Part shown: piece by piece, positions 62,355 through 64,000 of the stretch | Layout of the letters: the number at the start of each line of letters is the position of its first letter | Position numbering within the stretch: the first letter of the stretch is position 1 | Origin: Octopus bimaculoides | Lineage: Eukaryota | Direction: 5' to 3' | Assembly: GCF_001194135.2 (NCBI RefSeq) | Contig: NC_069000.1 | Location: 17,317,454 to 17,381,453, forward strand | DNA length: 64,000 nt | Notes under the pieces: generated by a model | The model's database searches: none | What the model was told of the DNA's origin: nothing | Seen by the model: only the letters and a program-made list of their open reading frames with translations | Program-made: the position numbers and the translations under genes

Positions 62355-63855
62355 GTGGTCAAAGGTGTGGAAGCAAGAATTAGAACCGAAGGGCCTTTGA
62401 GTCAACCTAGCTAAAACCAAAGTCCTAATAAGTAGGAAGGTAGACAAAACACAAACACCTTCAGGTAGATGGCCCTGCTCGATCTGTAGAAAAGGCATAG
62501 GTAGAAACTCTATAAGATGTACCCAGTGCAAGCTATGGACACATAAGAGGTGCAGCAATATCAAAGGAAGGCTAAGTAGCAAGATAGTTTTTGTATGTGG
62601 CAGATGCTCAGGAGCAATAAACACTGAAAATGTGCAGAAAACAACTTTTGCCACATTCCAGGGAGAAAAACTAGAAGTAGTTGATAGCTTCCGTTATCTG
62701 NNNNNNNNNNNNNNNNNNNNNNNNNNNNNNNNNNNNNNNNNNNNNNNNNNNNNNNNNNNNNNNNNNNNNNNNNNNNNNNNNNNNNNNNNNNNNNNNNNNN
62801 NNNNNNNNNNNNNNNNNNNNNNNNNNNNNNNNNNNNNNNNNNNCTGCTGAGGACATGCGTAAGCTCGCAAGGAATGAAGCCAGTATGTTCCAATGGATGT
62901 GTAATGTCAGTGTGCATACTCGACAGAGTGTAAGTACCTTGAGAGAAAAGTTGGACCTAAGAAGCATCAGTTGTGGTGAGCAAGAGAGACGATTGTGCTG
63001 GTATGGTCATGTGGCGAGAATGGATGAGGATAGCTCTGTGAAAAAGTGTCACACCCTAGCAGTTGAGGGAACCTGTGGAAGAGGTAGACCCAGGAAGACC
63101 TGGGATGAGGTGGTGAAGCACAACCTTTGAACATTAGGCCTCACTGAGGCAATGACTTGTGACCGAGACCTTTGGAAATATGTAGTGCGTGAGAAGACTC
63201 GGCAAGCCAAGTGAGAACATAATCCGAGGCCTATGCCAGGGGTGTAACCAGCCCACTTATGCATACCTTTCCTTCATTGGACACTAAACTCTGCTTGCGA
63301 AGACCTGTTGAGGCAAGTGAAATCAAAATCAAACCAAATTTGACGACTGGCACCCATGCTAACATTGGACACTAAACTCGGCTTGCGAAGACCTGTTGGG
63401 GCAAGTGAAATCGAAATCATGATTGAACCAAATTCGATGACTGGCACCTGTGCTAGTGGAGCACTAAGAGCACTGTCCAAGCATGATCAATGCCAGAGCA
63501 GCGGTCTGGCTTCCGTGCCAGTGGCATATAAATAGCGTTACCTTACTGGCACGTGAAAAAACATTTGAGTGAGGTCGTTGCCAGTGCCGCTGGACTGGCT
63601 CCTGTGCAGGTGGCACGTAAAAAACACTTTTTTGAGCGTGGTCATTGCCAGTACCGCCTGACTGGCCCTCGTGCCGGTGGCATGAAAAATCACCCACTAC
63701 ACTCTCGGAGTGGTTGGCGTTAGGAAGGGCATCCAGCTGTAGAAACTCTGCCAGATCAGATTGGAGCCTGGTGCAGCCATCTGGTTCACCAATCTTCAGT
63801 CAAATCGTCCAACCCATGCTAGAATGGAAGGCGGACGTTAAACAATGATGATGAT
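62355..63855 (+). mobile_element. Young 5'-truncated RTE LINE: RT C-terminal region with PHD-type finger, thumb/C-terminus, 3' UTR and (ATG)n tail
   Basis: KGL*VNLAKTKVL, Cys/His finger, LEVVDSFRYL, gap, WMCNVS...RRLCWYGHVARM...GRGRPRKTW; stop at 63212-63214; two CGA/AGA-type nonsense changes in the sequenced part; ends ggacgttaaacaatgatgatgat. Confidence 0.95.
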
Positions 63856-63856
63856 A

Positions 63857-63975
63857 TATATATATTTACATACACACACATGTATACACGTGTGTGTACA
63901 AGTATATATATATATATACATTTACATACACACACATGTATACACGTGTGTGTACAAGTATATATATATATATAT
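63857..63975. repeat. Tandem duplication of a ~57 bp microsatellite-derived unit
   Basis: tttacatacacacacatgtatacacgtgtgtgtacaagtatata occurs twice consecutively. Confidence 0.85.
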
Positions 63976-64000
63976 ACATATCTATATATATATATATATA

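Noticed and set aside
56640-63855. Idea that the EN-RT fossil (56.6-58.1 kb) and the RT C-terminal copy (62.4-63.9 kb) are one LINE split by insertions
   Set aside because: They are colinear and co-oriented, but the first is riddled with frameshifts while the second is nearly intact, implying different ages.
1-64000. CRISPR arrays, rRNA genes, prokaryotic operons
   Set aside because: No regularly spaced identical repeats with unique spacers and no rRNA-like or gene-dense sequence; the window is eukaryotic repeat-rich DNA.

Overview
AT-rich, microsatellite-dense eukaryotic non-coding DNA from a draft assembly with eight N-gaps. The repeat content (three tRNA-headed SINE families, RTE LINEs with (ATG)n tails, dense AT/GT/GA/ATT microsatellites) resembles octopus or coleoid cephalopod genomic DNA; that assignment is an inference from repeat style. 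I found no host protein-coding gene with confidence. Almost all listed ORFs are microsatellite translations, antisense of LINE remnants, or read through gaps. The only recognisable protein sequence is transposon-derived: RTE endonuclease/RT remnants (one with a C4-H-C3 PHD-type finger inside the RT C-terminal region), a previously unflagged Penelope-like RT remnant, and a mariner transposase C-terminus. Non-autonomous DNA elements (piggyBac-, hAT-, mariner- and Helentron-like) are present, several nested. The most notable signals are hammerhead-ribozyme-like motifs on the minus strand. One at about 46503-46601 has a complete catalytic core, a second is at 12541-12628, and degenerate minimal variants are at 7724-7759 and 767-802. 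All have palindromic stem III sequences (intact or CpG-decayed), as described for Penelope-associated ribozymes. Coordinates of degenerate repeats are approximate (about +/-10-20 nt) and all alignments and folds were done by eye.
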